Virus record (IMG/VR): IMGVR_UViG_3300049436_000052
Coordinates: 137,433 to 201,432 of that record
From: a virus
Direction: 5' to 3' (one strand)
DNA: 64,000 bases
The notes beneath the pieces were generated by a model. That model ran no database searches, was not told where the DNA came from, and was given only the letters and a program-made list of their open reading frames with translations. The first letter of the stretch is position 1; each line of letters opens with the position of its first letter. Both the position numbers and the translations under genes were made by a program. Of this stretch, positions 19,517-29,182 are shown piece after piece.

Positions 19517-19870
19517 ATGAAAATATTAAAAATTACTAACATAACTCACCTCTTAGGAAAAAGAGAACATAACTTTAATTCAACAATTAGTATTGAATAT
19601 GCTGATGGTTTTATGAAAAAAAATACCTTGGTTAAACCAAATGAAACAATTTATATTACAATTGATTCAATGCCAATATCTGTACATCAATTAAGAATAA
19701 ACGGCTCAATTATCGTTAGCGAAATTAGTGAATCTGAACTGGCCGAAGCTATGAACAATACAAAGCATAAAGTTGTTAACAATATTATAAACCAAAATGT
19801 TGAAGCTGAAACAAATCAAAAAGTTAATAATGCAAAGAAACATGCCAAAAAACCAATAAAAAGAAGATAA
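19517..19870 (+). CDS. Hypothetical protein
   Basis: 117 aa, basic C-terminus; followed by a terminator. Confidence 0.7.
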   Translation: MKILKITNITHLLGKREHNFNSTISIEYADGFMKKNTLVKPNETIYITIDSMPISVHQLRINGSIIVSEISESELAEAMNNTKHKVVNNIINQNVEAETNQKVNNAKKHAKKPIKRR

Positions 19871-19892
19871 TTAAATCTCATAAATTTAAGTT

Positions 19893-19927
19893 AAAATGCT
19901 GGTAAGAAATTATCAGCATTTTTTTTT
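19893..19927 (+). terminator. Intrinsic terminator
   Basis: AAAATGCTGGTAA-GAAA-TTATCAGCATTTT stem-loop followed by a T tract. Confidence 0.8.
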
Positions 19928-19985
19928 CAAAAAAATTCAAGATTTTTAATTCTTTTACGTATTAGTATAAAAATAAGATATAACT

Positions 19986-21356
19986 ATGAAAGAAAAAATT
20001 AGAATATTATTTCATACACTGGATCAGGCTGGTGTTCAGTACTTTAGAGTATTATCGCCATCAATTCAACTTGATAATGATCATTCAGAAAATTTTTATG
20101 TAGAAATTAACAATGAAATTGATTTTAAAAAACCTGAAACATTGGATTATTTAAAATCTTTTGACATTATTCATTATCATCGTCAACTCTTGCCAGATAC
20201 AAGACAAATGGTTTTTCTTGCTGAAGAATTACGAAAGTCAGGTGTGGTGCTGGTTGTAGATAATGACGATTTCTGGAGACTAAATTTAGAACACCCTCTA
20301 TATCAGCTACATAGAGAAAAGAAATTAGAAATACCCATTATTGAAAATTTGAAAATTGCAGATTATGTTACAACAACAACTGAATTATTTGCGAAAGAAA
20401 TTCGTAAAGTAACTGGTAAAGATAATGTAATAGTATTACCAAACGCAATTGAGCCTGAAAATATGACTCAGTTTAAAAATAACTGGAAACCAGATCCTGA
20501 AGGTAAGGTTAGAATAACATATTCTGCGGGAAGTTCACATCTAAATGATTTACAACAACTTAAAGGCGTTTTTAATATATTACATGCTAATCCAGAAATA
20601 AAAGACAAGTTCAGGATTACCCTTGCAGGGTTTGATTGTATGGGCACTACTCAAACTATAGAATTTAATCAAAAATTTTCTGAAGAATTACAACAAAGAA
20701 ATCTATGGACACCACAAATAGTTAAATTTATTAATAAAACCAGAGGAAATGTTGATATGATTCCAAGACTTCCTGATGATCTAAAAAATAAATATAGAAA
20801 TAATGTTTTTACAGTCAAAGAACGAGACATTAAATCAGAAGAAAGTGTTTATTTTGAATATGAAAAAATATTAACAGATAATCATAACATTATTGAGAAT
20901 AAAGATTATTTAAGGTGGTTAATGAATTTTGAAAGAAATGTTGATTATCCATTTGGAGAACAAATTTATAAAAGAATATGGACACAAAAAGCAAATATTT
21001 ATGCCAAGGTTTTAGACCAAGCCGATATTGTACTTTCTCCACTTGCAGATAATGAATTCAACCATTATAAGAGCAATTTAAAGCAAGTCGAGTGCTGGTC
21101 AAGAAAACTACCCATAATATGTTCGGGAGTTTCTCCATACATTGAAGATGGTAAACATATGGAAAATTGTATATTAATTCCACCAAAGAAAAATGCACAT
21201 CAGGATTGGGCAAAATGGTTGAAGAGATTGATATTAGATAAAGATTTGAGAGAAAAACTTGGAAATCAATTATATGAAGATTTTAAGGAAAAATATCATT
21301 TGGCAAATGTAACAAATAAACGTGCAGAGTTTTATAAATCGATTATTAAAAAATAA
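19986..21356 (+). CDS. GT-B (GT4-like) glycosyltransferase with internal insertion
   Basis: VDNDD, ADYVTTTT, VIVLPNAI, ADIVLSPL..NEFN.YKSNLKQVE, LPIICS, LREKLG. Confidence 0.85.
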   Translation: MKEKIRILFHTLDQAGVQYFRVLSPSIQLDNDHSENFYVEINNEIDFKKPETLDYLKSFDIIHYHRQLLPDTRQMVFLAEELRKSGVVLVVDNDDFWRLNLEHPLYQLHREKKLEIPIIENLKIADYVTTTTELFAKEIRKVTGKDNVIVLPNAIEPENMTQFKNNWKPDPEGKVRITYSAGSSHLNDLQQLKGVFNILHANPEIKDKFRITLAGFDCMGTTQTIEFNQKFSEELQQRNLWTPQIVKFINKTRGNVDMIPRLPDDLKNKYRNNVFTVKERDIKSEESVYFEYEKILTDNHNIIENKDYLRWLMNFERNVDYPFGEQIYKRIWTQKANIYAKVLDQADIVLSPLADNEFNHYKSNLKQVECWSRKLPIICSGVSPYIEDGKHMENCILIPPKKNAHQDWAKWLKRLILDKDLREKLGNQLYEDFKEKYHLANVTNKRAEFYKSIIKK

Positions 21357-21386
21357 TCATAAAATGAATTTAATTAAAATTAATTT

Positions 21387-22334
21387 ATGAAGAATCCCTT
21401 TATCGTAATTATACCAATAAGAATTCTCAGAAAATTTTATATATGGTTATCAATTTTATTTAATTCGATAATGATTCGAATTGGTATTGCTTTAAGCAAT
21501 TCTGAAGAGCAGGTGTTTTATGCCAATTCTTTTGATAATGATGAGCGAAATAAAATGATTCAAAAAAAGCTTCATAGAAATCCATTGTTAAATAAATTTG
21601 AGGCAGGTCAACAAGATGAAAAATATAGTGAAATTTTTTATGATGTGTTGAAAAAATCTGATGAATTTTTAAGAAAGAACAAACCGTTTAAAATTGCTGT
21701 TGCTGCTGATAAACATGGGAGTAGTCTGGGAAAAGATGAATATGGAAAAAGGTGGGAACATTTTGGTTTTTTTGATTCAAAACATAAACATGCTGGAAAA
21801 ACGTTGGGGGAGATAATTGTTCAGGAATATGAAGAAAGAAGAACAAAAGACGATGATTATGAATTGTTGCATATTTTCAATAATGAACCAATTGAAGCTG
21901 GTTTGGTAAATGTTTATGGGGGTATTAATGATATTAATGAGCTTGAAAAATTCTCGATAGATTTTTTTAATAAATCCAAACAATATAAATTTCCTTTGAA
22001 GATTGTTAGAAAATCAGATGATGAAAATGATGTTAATATTGTTAATAAAATAGAACAATTGACAGAATTTCTTCATGTTAAAAAAATAGGTTTTGAATAT
22101 CGGCAATTGGAATTTTTTGTACCTTTGAAATATAAAACTGATGAATTAAATGAAGATTCGGATATTTTTAAAGAAATAATTAATTTCAATAACGTATATA
22201 TTAATGATGAATATGGGGATTTAAGAGGTTATGGTATTGTTAAATTTACAAAAAGGATTAAATATAATGATACTCATGAAGTGTTAAAATTTGAAGCCAT
22301 TGAAATGGAAATTATTAAGAATTATAAGAAATAA
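21387..22334 (+). CDS. Hypothetical protein with N-terminal hydrophobic segment
   Basis: 315 aa; FYIWLSILFNSIMIRIGIAL. Confidence 0.7.
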   Translation: MKNPFIVIIPIRILRKFYIWLSILFNSIMIRIGIALSNSEEQVFYANSFDNDERNKMIQKKLHRNPLLNKFEAGQQDEKYSEIFYDVLKKSDEFLRKNKPFKIAVAADKHGSSLGKDEYGKRWEHFGFFDSKHKHAGKTLGEIIVQEYEERRTKDDDYELLHIFNNEPIEAGLVNVYGGINDINELEKFSIDFFNKSKQYKFPLKIVRKSDDENDVNIVNKIEQLTEFLHVKKIGFEYRQLEFFVPLKYKTDELNEDSDIFKEIINFNNVYINDEYGDLRGYGIVKFTKRIKYNDTHEVLKFEAIEMEIIKNYKK

Positions 22335-22361
22335 AAATAATATTATATTAAATAAAAAGAA

Positions 22362-22751
22362 ATGATAAATAGTGAAAATTTAAAAAATTTATATGAATCA
22401 AATTTTGAAGGATTTTTAATAAGTTTAAAAAATGAAAACAATAAAGAAAAACTTAAAAATTTGTTTTTAGAACTGTATAATCATTTAATGAAATCTGATT
22501 CAATTTATGATGATAATTTTTTAGTATCGATTTTTCCAGTATTAAGACGAATTGTCGATAATGATAAAAATAAAATAGTTAATGAATTTGATATTGATAA
22601 ATACATCCAAAAATTTTCAAATAATTATAATAATTTTAATGAATTGATTAAATTAAATAAAACTGATTTGGGAGATTTGGGAATTGATAATGAAGCAATT
22701 TTTTGTGAAGAATTTGCAGATTTTTGGGTTGAAAATTATTTAGATAGTTAA
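22362..22751 (+). CDS. Hypothetical protein resembling the N-terminal segment of T4-like major capsid proteins
   Basis: NFEGFLISL..LKNLFLE..IFPVLRRIV; similarity judged by eye. Confidence 0.45.
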   Translation: MINSENLKNLYESNFEGFLISLKNENNKEKLKNLFLELYNHLMKSDSIYDDNFLVSIFPVLRRIVDNDKNKIVNEFDIDKYIQKFSNNYNNFNELIKLNKTDLGDLGIDNEAIFCEEFADFWVENYLDS

Positions 22752-22781
22752 GAATTATAAGAAATAAAAAAATAGTAGTTT

Positions 22782-23174
22782 ATGTCAAAGTTTTTAGAAA
22801 ATTTAAAAAATGCTGTTGAAACAGGAGAGTTTAATTCAGATGCAGCAAAAAGAATTAATGAGATTAATGATCTTGCGAATAAAAAAATTGGTGAAGGATA
22901 TTTAAATGATAAAGATATCAATCTTGATTCTGCTGTTGAATATACCGAAAGTGAAGATGCTATTGAAAAATTAAAAGAATTGAAACTTCAAGATGAAATT
23001 AATAATGAGGTTGCAAATTTACACAATCTTGAAAATAATTTATTGGATTCGTTTAGGGAATTTAGAGATACATTAGTTTTGGTTGAAGAAAAATATAAAG
23101 ATCATTTGGAAGATTTAAAATATAGTGATTTATTTTCTAAAATAGAAGAATTAAAAAGTAAATTTTCTTTTTGA
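22782..23174 (+). CDS. Hypothetical coiled-coil protein
   Basis: 130 aa acidic, helical. Confidence 0.7.
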   Translation: MSKFLENLKNAVETGEFNSDAAKRINEINDLANKKIGEGYLNDKDINLDSAVEYTESEDAIEKLKELKLQDEINNEVANLHNLENNLLDSFREFRDTLVLVEEKYKDHLEDLKYSDLFSKIEELKSKFSF

Positions 23175-23251
23175 GAATTGAAATAATTGTTTTAATTTTG
23201 CTTTTTTATAATAAGTTTTATTTTATAGATTATTAATTTAATATTATTAAC

Positions 23252-23731
23252 ATGAAAAATATCGAAAACGCATCAGAACAAACTTTAAAAGTTTTTACAA
23301 AAGTAAGAATTAATACATCAATTCCACAATGGGTAGAATTTGAAGTTCTATCAAACAACAAACAAAAGCAATTATATAAAATTGCTAAACTTAGTGAAGT
23401 TAGTGAATTCATTCTTAATGAAAATCTTTCAAATAATTTAAATTTTTCTATTGTCATCAACGAAGAAATTTTTGATGGTTTAACAGAAGAACAAAAAGAA
23501 ATGGTTTTTGAAGAATGTTTAACTGGTGTTGTTGTTAATCAGGATAATGATAAACTTTCTTTGAAAAAACCTACATTCAATACCTATTTTGGAATATTGA
23601 AGAAATATGGAAATGATACAACTGTAGTTCTACATGAATCTATTAAATCTTTGTTTGATAATAAAAAAGCAAAAGATGATCAAATAAAAGCTGAAACTGA
23701 AAAAGTAAAAGCTAAGAAATTTAGGGGGTAG
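23252..23731 (+). CDS. Putative phage metallopeptidase-like protein lacking HExxH histidines
   Basis: FSIVINEEIFDGLTEEQKEMVFEECLTGV resembles the phage metallopeptidase family, with EECLT where HELxH is expected. Confidence 0.45.
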   Translation: MKNIENASEQTLKVFTKVRINTSIPQWVEFEVLSNNKQKQLYKIAKLSEVSEFILNENLSNNLNFSIVINEEIFDGLTEEQKEMVFEECLTGVVVNQDNDKLSLKKPTFNTYFGILKKYGNDTTVVLHESIKSLFDNKKAKDDQIKAETEKVKAKKFRG

Positions 23732-23756
23732 AATAACATTTTCTATAAAATTTTTT

Positions 23757-23924
23757 ATGAAAAAAGATAAAAACAAGAAAAAGAAATCTCTTAAATCTAA
23801 AAAAATAGAATCTAATGAAATAGATTTCACACCTTATGATTTAAACGTTCTCGGCGGTATGATTCCATTTAGGGATGATGAATATAGTCCATACGATTTA
23901 AACAATTCTGGATTAAATGAATAA
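23757..23924 (+). CDS. Small hypothetical protein (55 aa, not in track)
   Basis: My translation: MKKDKNKKKKSLKSKKIESNEIDFTPYDLNVLGGMIPFRDDEYSPYDLNNSGLNE*; overlaps next start. Confidence 0.55.
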   Translation: MKKDKNKKKKSLKSKKIESNEIDFTPYDLNVLGGMIPFRDDEYSPYDLNNSGLNE

Positions 23925-24102
23925 TTTTGAAGAAACTTTATTTAGATTATTATTTTTTAATTTTAAAATTTCATATAATAAATGTATTGAAGATGATCTA
24001 GAATTAGAAATAGAAAGCGAATTTAAAAAAATAAAGTTTTATCTAACATTATTTGGTGAGTTGACAGAATTAGAAAAAGAATTGTTTAAATTAAATGAAT
24101 AA
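23917..24102 (+). CDS. Small hypothetical protein
   Basis: 61 aa, collinear. Confidence 0.55.
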   Translation: MNNFEETLFRLLFFNFKISYNKCIEDDLELEIESEFKKIKFYLTLFGELTELEKELFKLNE

Positions 24103-24111
24103 ATTTTTCAT

Positions 24112-24330
24112 GTGATGAATACTAAATTAACTTTACTGGAAAGACGTGAAATTGCCAGAAAGACAATACCTACAATGAGAAGAGATAGACGTAAAAATTT
24201 TAGAGGTTGGGTGTTGTTAATTTTTATGACACATAAAGAAGAAACTTATGATTATTTTGGAATTCCGAAATTTGAAAATGAAGTTGATGAATTTTATAAA
24301 ACACACCCTATAATTAGAAGGTTTTTATGA
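24112..24330 (+). CDS. Small hypothetical protein
   Basis: 72 aa; ATGA overlap with next gene. Confidence 0.6.
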   Translation: MMNTKLTLLERREIARKTIPTMRRDRRKNFRGWVLLIFMTHKEETYDYFGIPKFENEVDEFYKTHPIIRRFL

Positions 24331-24569
24331 AGAAAACCAAAGCATATTTTATTCAGCATTGTGATCATCCTAATTGTGATTTAGGTTCTTTCGCATATAC
24401 TTGTCCTTATTGTGATAAAGTAATTGATGATTATAAAATTTGGTGGAAAGAAGATGAAATTTATAAAGGAAATTCCCATAATTTCAATTGTAAAAATTGT
24501 GAAAAGGAATTGGTTGTTAAATGGAATAAAAAGAAATATACTTTCGAAGTAAGTTTAATTAAAAAATAA
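24327..24569 (+). CDS. Small zinc-ribbon protein
   Basis: CDHPNC, CPYC, CKNC. Confidence 0.7.
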   Translation: MKKTKAYFIQHCDHPNCDLGSFAYTCPYCDKVIDDYKIWWKEDEIYKGNSHNFNCKNCEKELVVKWNKKKYTFEVSLIKK

Positions 24570-24575
24570 ATTATC

Positions 24576-24806
24576 ATGATAAAGTTAAGAATAACACATA
24601 TTTGTGATGTTTGCGGAAAAGAAGTAACCAGACAAATTAAATTTAAAGGTTATGAAAATTTTGAAAGTTCGATTGGTGATTATGATGAAGCATATGTGCC
24701 TGAAACTTGGGGAGTTGGTTATAAAAAGAAAAAAATAATTTTGATGTGTAAAAAATGCCTAAAAAAATATCATCCAATAGATGTTGATGTTCCTGCAATT
24801 GCTTAA
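24576..24806 (+). CDS. Small zinc-ribbon protein
   Basis: CDVC ... CKKC. Confidence 0.7.
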   Translation: MIKLRITHICDVCGKEVTRQIKFKGYENFESSIGDYDEAYVPETWGVGYKKKKIILMCKKCLKKYHPIDVDVPAIA

Positions 24807-24817
24807 ATATTTTTTAT

Positions 24818-24925
24818 ATGAAAATAAACGATTTAAATCGTTGTGTTTGTTCTAAATGTGGCGATAAGCATACTTGTCATGATAAAGTTTCAGTTGAATT
24901 TTTTAAATTAAAAGATTTGAAATAA
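24818..24925 (+). CDS. 35-aa Cys/His micro-protein (not in track)
   Basis: My translation: MKINDLNRCVCSKCGDKHTCHDKVSVEFFKLKDLK*; TAATG coupling with 24925. Confidence 0.55.
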   Translation: MKINDLNRCVCSKCGDKHTCHDKVSVEFFKLKDLK

Positions 24926-25122
24926 TGAACGATATTGAACTTAAAAAGTATATAATTAGTTTTGAGCATATTTTCATGAGTTCATTAGAATTATTTTTTC
25001 GTGAAAATTATTTAGAATATATAGATACTAATTTAATTTCTGAATGTAATAAAGAAGATATTTTTAATGATAATGAAAGATTAAAAGAATTAGATTTTAT
25101 TGTTGATGTTGGTATGAAATAA
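24925..25122 (+). CDS. Small hypothetical protein
   Basis: 65 aa, followed by a terminator. Confidence 0.6.
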   Translation: MNDIELKKYIISFEHIFMSSLELFFRENYLEYIDTNLISECNKEDIFNDNERLKELDFIVDVGMK

Positions 25123-25149
25123 TTAATCCTAATAATATCTTTTTTTCAG

Positions 25150-25184
25150 AAAATCCTAATCATATAACGTGGTTAGGATTTTTT
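25150..25184 (+). terminator. Intrinsic terminator
   Basis: AAAATCCTAATCA...TGGTTAGGATTTT followed by a T tract. Confidence 0.8.
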
Positions 25185-25193
25185 GTTTTTTAA

Positions 25194-25203
25194 GTATTTA
25201 TAA
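25194..25203 (+). promoter_or_regulatory. GTATTTATAA putative late promoter heading the baseplate operon
   Basis: Exact motif 14 nt upstream of ATG 25218. Confidence 0.75.
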
Positions 25204-25217
25204 AAAATTAGAATTTA

Positions 25218-25616
25218 ATGAGATCATATAATATCAATTTCCCACTTAATGATGATGTTAACACCAATACATTCTTTTTGACTACAAAGACAACAAAGGA
25301 TGCATATACATCAAATTTATTATTGTTGTTATTAACACAAAAAGGTGAAAGATATTATATGCCTGATTATGGAACTGATTTACTTAAATTTATTTTTGAA
25401 CCGAACGATGATCAGACAGCAGTTGAAATTGAAGATGAAATTAAAAGAACAGTATCGCTTTATATTCCAAGTCTTCGAATTAATTCAATAATATATAGTC
25501 GGGATGTTGATGAAGATGGTAATGAAATTTCGGATAATCAATTAAGTGTAACCGTTAATTTTACATTCGTTGAAGATAGTTTTAATGAAAACGGTAGTTT
25601 AACAATTAATTTTTAA
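25218..25616 (+). CDS. Baseplate wedge protein, T4 gp25/GPW-like
   Basis: LLLLLTQKGERYYMPDYGTDLLKFIFEP..EIKRTVSLYIPSLRI is the gp25 family signature. Confidence 0.9.
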   Translation: MRSYNINFPLNDDVNTNTFFLTTKTTKDAYTSNLLLLLLTQKGERYYMPDYGTDLLKFIFEPNDDQTAVEIEDEIKRTVSLYIPSLRINSIIYSRDVDEDGNEISDNQLSVTVNFTFVEDSFNENGSLTINF

Positions 25617-25656
25617 AACATGAAAAAATAATAAAAGAAATATTTGAATTATATAA

Positions 25657-27495
25657 ATGGCAGACAATAATATAAAATACTCATCCAGAACATTTTCGGA
25701 GATAAAATTTGACCTTATAAATTATATAAAATCCGCATATCCTTCTGTTTTACAAGACTTTAGCGATAGTAGTGTGGGGTCAATTTTATTGGATATAAAC
25801 TCTTCTGTAGCTAACAATCTATCAATTAATACAGATAAGATCTTTTTAGAGACACAACTTGAAAATTCGACCCAAAGAAATTCATTATTAAATATTGCAA
25901 AGAACATGGGGCTGAATCTCCCTGCCAAACGTCCTAGTGTTACTATTTGCGATATATTGGTAACTGTTCCTGTAAAGGGAAATCAACCAGATTCTACTTA
26001 TTACCCAATACTTGAGGCGGGGGCACAAATCATTGGAGGATCTAAAATTTTCGAAACGCAGAATAATATAGATTGGAATAGTTCGGTAAGTGATTTAGGA
26101 GATCCAAATAGGTCAATAATTCCTAATTTGGATTCGAATGGTGTTATTGTTAGTTATAATGTAACCAAGAGAGAGGTTGTGATAAATGGCACTTCAAATA
26201 TTTATAAAAGGATTATAACAGATGCAGATATTTTTCCGTTTTTCACAGTAACGTTACCAGATTCAGATGTTATTGAGATTGAAAGCGTGATATTGTTGGA
26301 AGGGACAAATTTTTCGACAAATCCATCTTTAAGTGATTTTAATAATAATGATTATAAATATTTTGAGGTTGATTATTTGGCACAGCAAAGAGTTTTTGTT
26401 GAAGATACAGAAAATTCAAGTTCAATCACAAATACAAATAATATTAAAGCTGCTAGATGGATTGATGTTACAAGGAAATTTATTAAAGAATTTACATCAA
26501 ATGGATATTGTGTGTTGACATTTGGTTCGGGTGATGCTGAAACGAATGCATTTAAAGAAGGATTTTTAAAGGAAGGTGTGAGTAATAGGGCATTTCTTGA
26601 TAATTTTTTAAACAATACTGCTTTGGGTGAAAAACTAAAACCAAATTATACATTGTTTATCAGATATAGAACTGGTGGTGGAAGTAATTCGAATGTTGGA
26701 GCAAATATTTTAACAAGTTTTGGAAATTATAATTTGAGGGTTAATGGTTCAAGATCTGATTATAATCAAAATGTTCAAAGAAGTATTAAAGCAACAAATC
26801 CAATTCCTGCAATTGGTGGAAATGATGGCTTAACAATTGATCAGATTAGAAATTTAATTAAATATAATTTTTCCAGTCAAAACAGAGATGTAACATTGAC
26901 AGATTATTTGTTACAATTATATAAAATGCCTGGAAAATTTGGATCACCATTTCGTGCAAATGCTTTTAAGCAAAATAATAAAATTGTTTTATCAATACTT
27001 GGAAGAGGTTCTGATGGAAAACTATCAAATACAAGCAATACCCTATTAAAAGAAAATATTGCTGAATATTTAACACAATATAGAATGGTAAATGATTATA
27101 TTGAAATAAAAGATGGAAAAATATATAATTTAGCTTTTGATGTTGATGTTTATGTTGACAATATTTTAAATAATCAAATTGCCGCAAATATTATTGCAAC
27201 TGTTAGAGACTATCTTGATATTAATAAATATGAAATGAATCAAGATATTTTTATTAGTTTATTACAAAAAGAAATTTCGAAAGTTAATGGGGTTATTAAT
27301 GTTATTTCAATAAAAGTTTATAATAAAGTTGGTGGATTATATTCGACAAATGTTATTTCTCAAGAAATTTTAGATACTGTAACTGGTGAAATAAAAATTA
27401 TTAACAATACGATTTATTCTGATGAAGAATCATTATTTGAAATAAAAGTACCTGAAAAGGATATACGTGTTTATTTGCGTAAATCAACAACATAA
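25657..27495 (+). CDS. Baseplate wedge protein, T4 gp6/baseplate-J-like
   Basis: RTFSEIK..YPSVLQDFSDSSVG..., YRTGGG..NVGA, NPIPAIGG.D..TIDQIR, VTLTDY. Confidence 0.85.
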   Translation: MADNNIKYSSRTFSEIKFDLINYIKSAYPSVLQDFSDSSVGSILLDINSSVANNLSINTDKIFLETQLENSTQRNSLLNIAKNMGLNLPAKRPSVTICDILVTVPVKGNQPDSTYYPILEAGAQIIGGSKIFETQNNIDWNSSVSDLGDPNRSIIPNLDSNGVIVSYNVTKREVVINGTSNIYKRIITDADIFPFFTVTLPDSDVIEIESVILLEGTNFSTNPSLSDFNNNDYKYFEVDYLAQQRVFVEDTENSSSITNTNNIKAARWIDVTRKFIKEFTSNGYCVLTFGSGDAETNAFKEGFLKEGVSNRAFLDNFLNNTALGEKLKPNYTLFIRYRTGGGSNSNVGANILTSFGNYNLRVNGSRSDYNQNVQRSIKATNPIPAIGGNDGLTIDQIRNLIKYNFSSQNRDVTLTDYLLQLYKMPGKFGSPFRANAFKQNNKIVLSILGRGSDGKLSNTSNTLLKENIAEYLTQYRMVNDYIEIKDGKIYNLAFDVDVYVDNILNNQIAANIIATVRDYLDINKYEMNQDIFISLLQKEISKVNGVINVISIKVYNKVGGLYSTNVISQEILDTVTGEIKIINNTIYSDEESLFEIKVPEKDIRVYLRKSTT

Positions 27496-27507
27496 TGAAT
27501 TATTTTA

Positions 27508-28155
27508 ATGGAATTGATTAAAAAAACAATATTGCTTGCAACTACTACAGGTACTACAACTGGATGCACACATTGTTATGTAATTATACCAGATTTAACA
27601 GCTTTATATCATTTTAAAATTCAGTTATCACAAAATTTATTGGATTGCGCTTTTTTTGATGCTTATGAATATGATGGTGATTTAACTGGAACTACAATAA
27701 ATAATGTTACATATACAATAACGGGTGAATGTCAAAGTAGGTTAAGTGAATTAAAAAAATTTAGTCAAAGTAGTTATTTTGCAAATCAATATCTTGGAAA
27801 CGGATCATTTATTAATGATGGTGTTGATTATTTAAATTCGATTCAAAATATGAAAGTAGTTTATTATATTGGTGGTATAAGATATATTGATAATATTAAT
27901 GGTGATACAACAAAAACAACTTTTTATTTTACTAGAACAGGTTTTTCTGATTTGGATTTTATTAATAAACCAATTATAAAAAATAGTAATAAGGATAGAA
28001 TTATTAGTAATCCTAAAATAAACAATGATGTATTTATAGCAAGACAAGAACTATCAGCATTTCTTGACAATTCTAAATTAGAATATTTTGATAAATTAGT
28101 TGATTTAGAAACATATGCAGGTGGTAAATATTTTTACATGATTGATAATTCATAA
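27508..28155 (+). CDS. Putative baseplate/tail structural protein
   Basis: In the baseplate operon; TGTT motifs. Confidence 0.6.
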   Translation: MELIKKTILLATTTGTTTGCTHCYVIIPDLTALYHFKIQLSQNLLDCAFFDAYEYDGDLTGTTINNVTYTITGECQSRLSELKKFSQSSYFANQYLGNGSFINDGVDYLNSIQNMKVVYYIGGIRYIDNINGDTTKTTFYFTRTGFSDLDFINKPIIKNSNKDRIISNPKINNDVFIARQELSAFLDNSKLEYFDKLVDLETYAGGKYFYMIDNS

Positions 28156-28170
28156 CAAAAAAATAAAGAA

Positions 28171-29088
28171 ATGAGTATAGGGGTATTAGGGACAATAAAA
28201 CCAAGCGATGTAAATATTAATGACATTGATATTTATTATAATTATACACCAAATAGAGAAACAAACAATAATGATATTTTAAAAATAGATGATCCAAATT
28301 CATTATTGTCATACTGTTATTTGCCAGAAACAGATGGTAATTTTATTGCTGGAAATGAAAACATTTTAGATGGTTTATATAACTTAACACTTCCTGCAAC
28401 AATATTTAATCAATTAGGAATTTATACAATTTATATAAAACCTAAAACAATAACCACAACAATAATTGATTGTAGTGTATTGTCTTCACTTCCAACAGTA
28501 AAAGGAATAGTATTGGATTCAAATTTATTACCAGAAAATTTAAGAACAAATAATGCATTACAAGGTTATAGGGTTGAATATATTGATACAAGTGGAAATA
28601 AACTAAGAAATGTTGTAAGATATGTAGTAACCTCAAACAAAGTTGTTCCAATTTCTGAAAACATTGGAAATACTTCTCAAAAATCTATTAGATATAGATT
28701 TGATGATAGTGGAACATTAATATTTCTACAAGTAAGTCCTAGTTCTTCATCTGATGTTAAAGCAAATGTCTATCCATTCATTGGAATAGCAGGACAAACA
28801 ATTTTAATTTCAAATACATTTTTTTCTCCATTAACATTAGAAATTGAAATGGTTGAAAATACACTTGATAGTTTAAGTGGATTCATAACTGGAAATCAAG
28901 CATTTGATTTAACAAATGGTATTAAAACTCATTATGACCCTAACAATAACAATGCAATCACATATCAATATAATGTTTTTGAAATTAAAGATGATGTTGG
29001 AAATGTACCATTATATAATGTTGTTGAAAAAAGAACCAATATCGATAGTTCACAAGATTTTGATCAAATTGTTAGCGATATTTTATAG
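28171..29088 (+). CDS. Putative structural protein
   Basis: 305 aa, beta-rich, in the baseplate operon. Confidence 0.6.
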   Translation: MSIGVLGTIKPSDVNINDIDIYYNYTPNRETNNNDILKIDDPNSLLSYCYLPETDGNFIAGNENILDGLYNLTLPATIFNQLGIYTIYIKPKTITTTIIDCSVLSSLPTVKGIVLDSNLLPENLRTNNALQGYRVEYIDTSGNKLRNVVRYVVTSNKVVPISENIGNTSQKSIRYRFDDSGTLIFLQVSPSSSSDVKANVYPFIGIAGQTILISNTFFSPLTLEIEMVENTLDSLSGFITGNQAFDLTNGIKTHYDPNNNNAITYQYNVFEIKDDVGNVPLYNVVEKRTNIDSSQDFDQIVSDIL

Positions 29089-29116
29089 AATAGTATAAAT
29101 TTTCATAAAAATATAT

Positions 29117-29148
29117 AAAAAATCCTGTCAATTTTGATGGGATTTTTT
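29117..29148 (+). terminator. Intrinsic terminator
   Basis: AAAAAATCCTGTCA-ATTT-TGATGGGATTTTTT. Confidence 0.8.
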
Positions 29149-29157
29149 GTTTTCAAC

Positions 29158-29167
29158 GTATTTATAA
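29158..29167 (+). promoter_or_regulatory. GTATTTATAA putative late promoter
   Basis: Exact motif 15 nt upstream of GTG 29183. Confidence 0.75.
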
Positions 29168-29182
29168 TAAAAATTTCTAATT

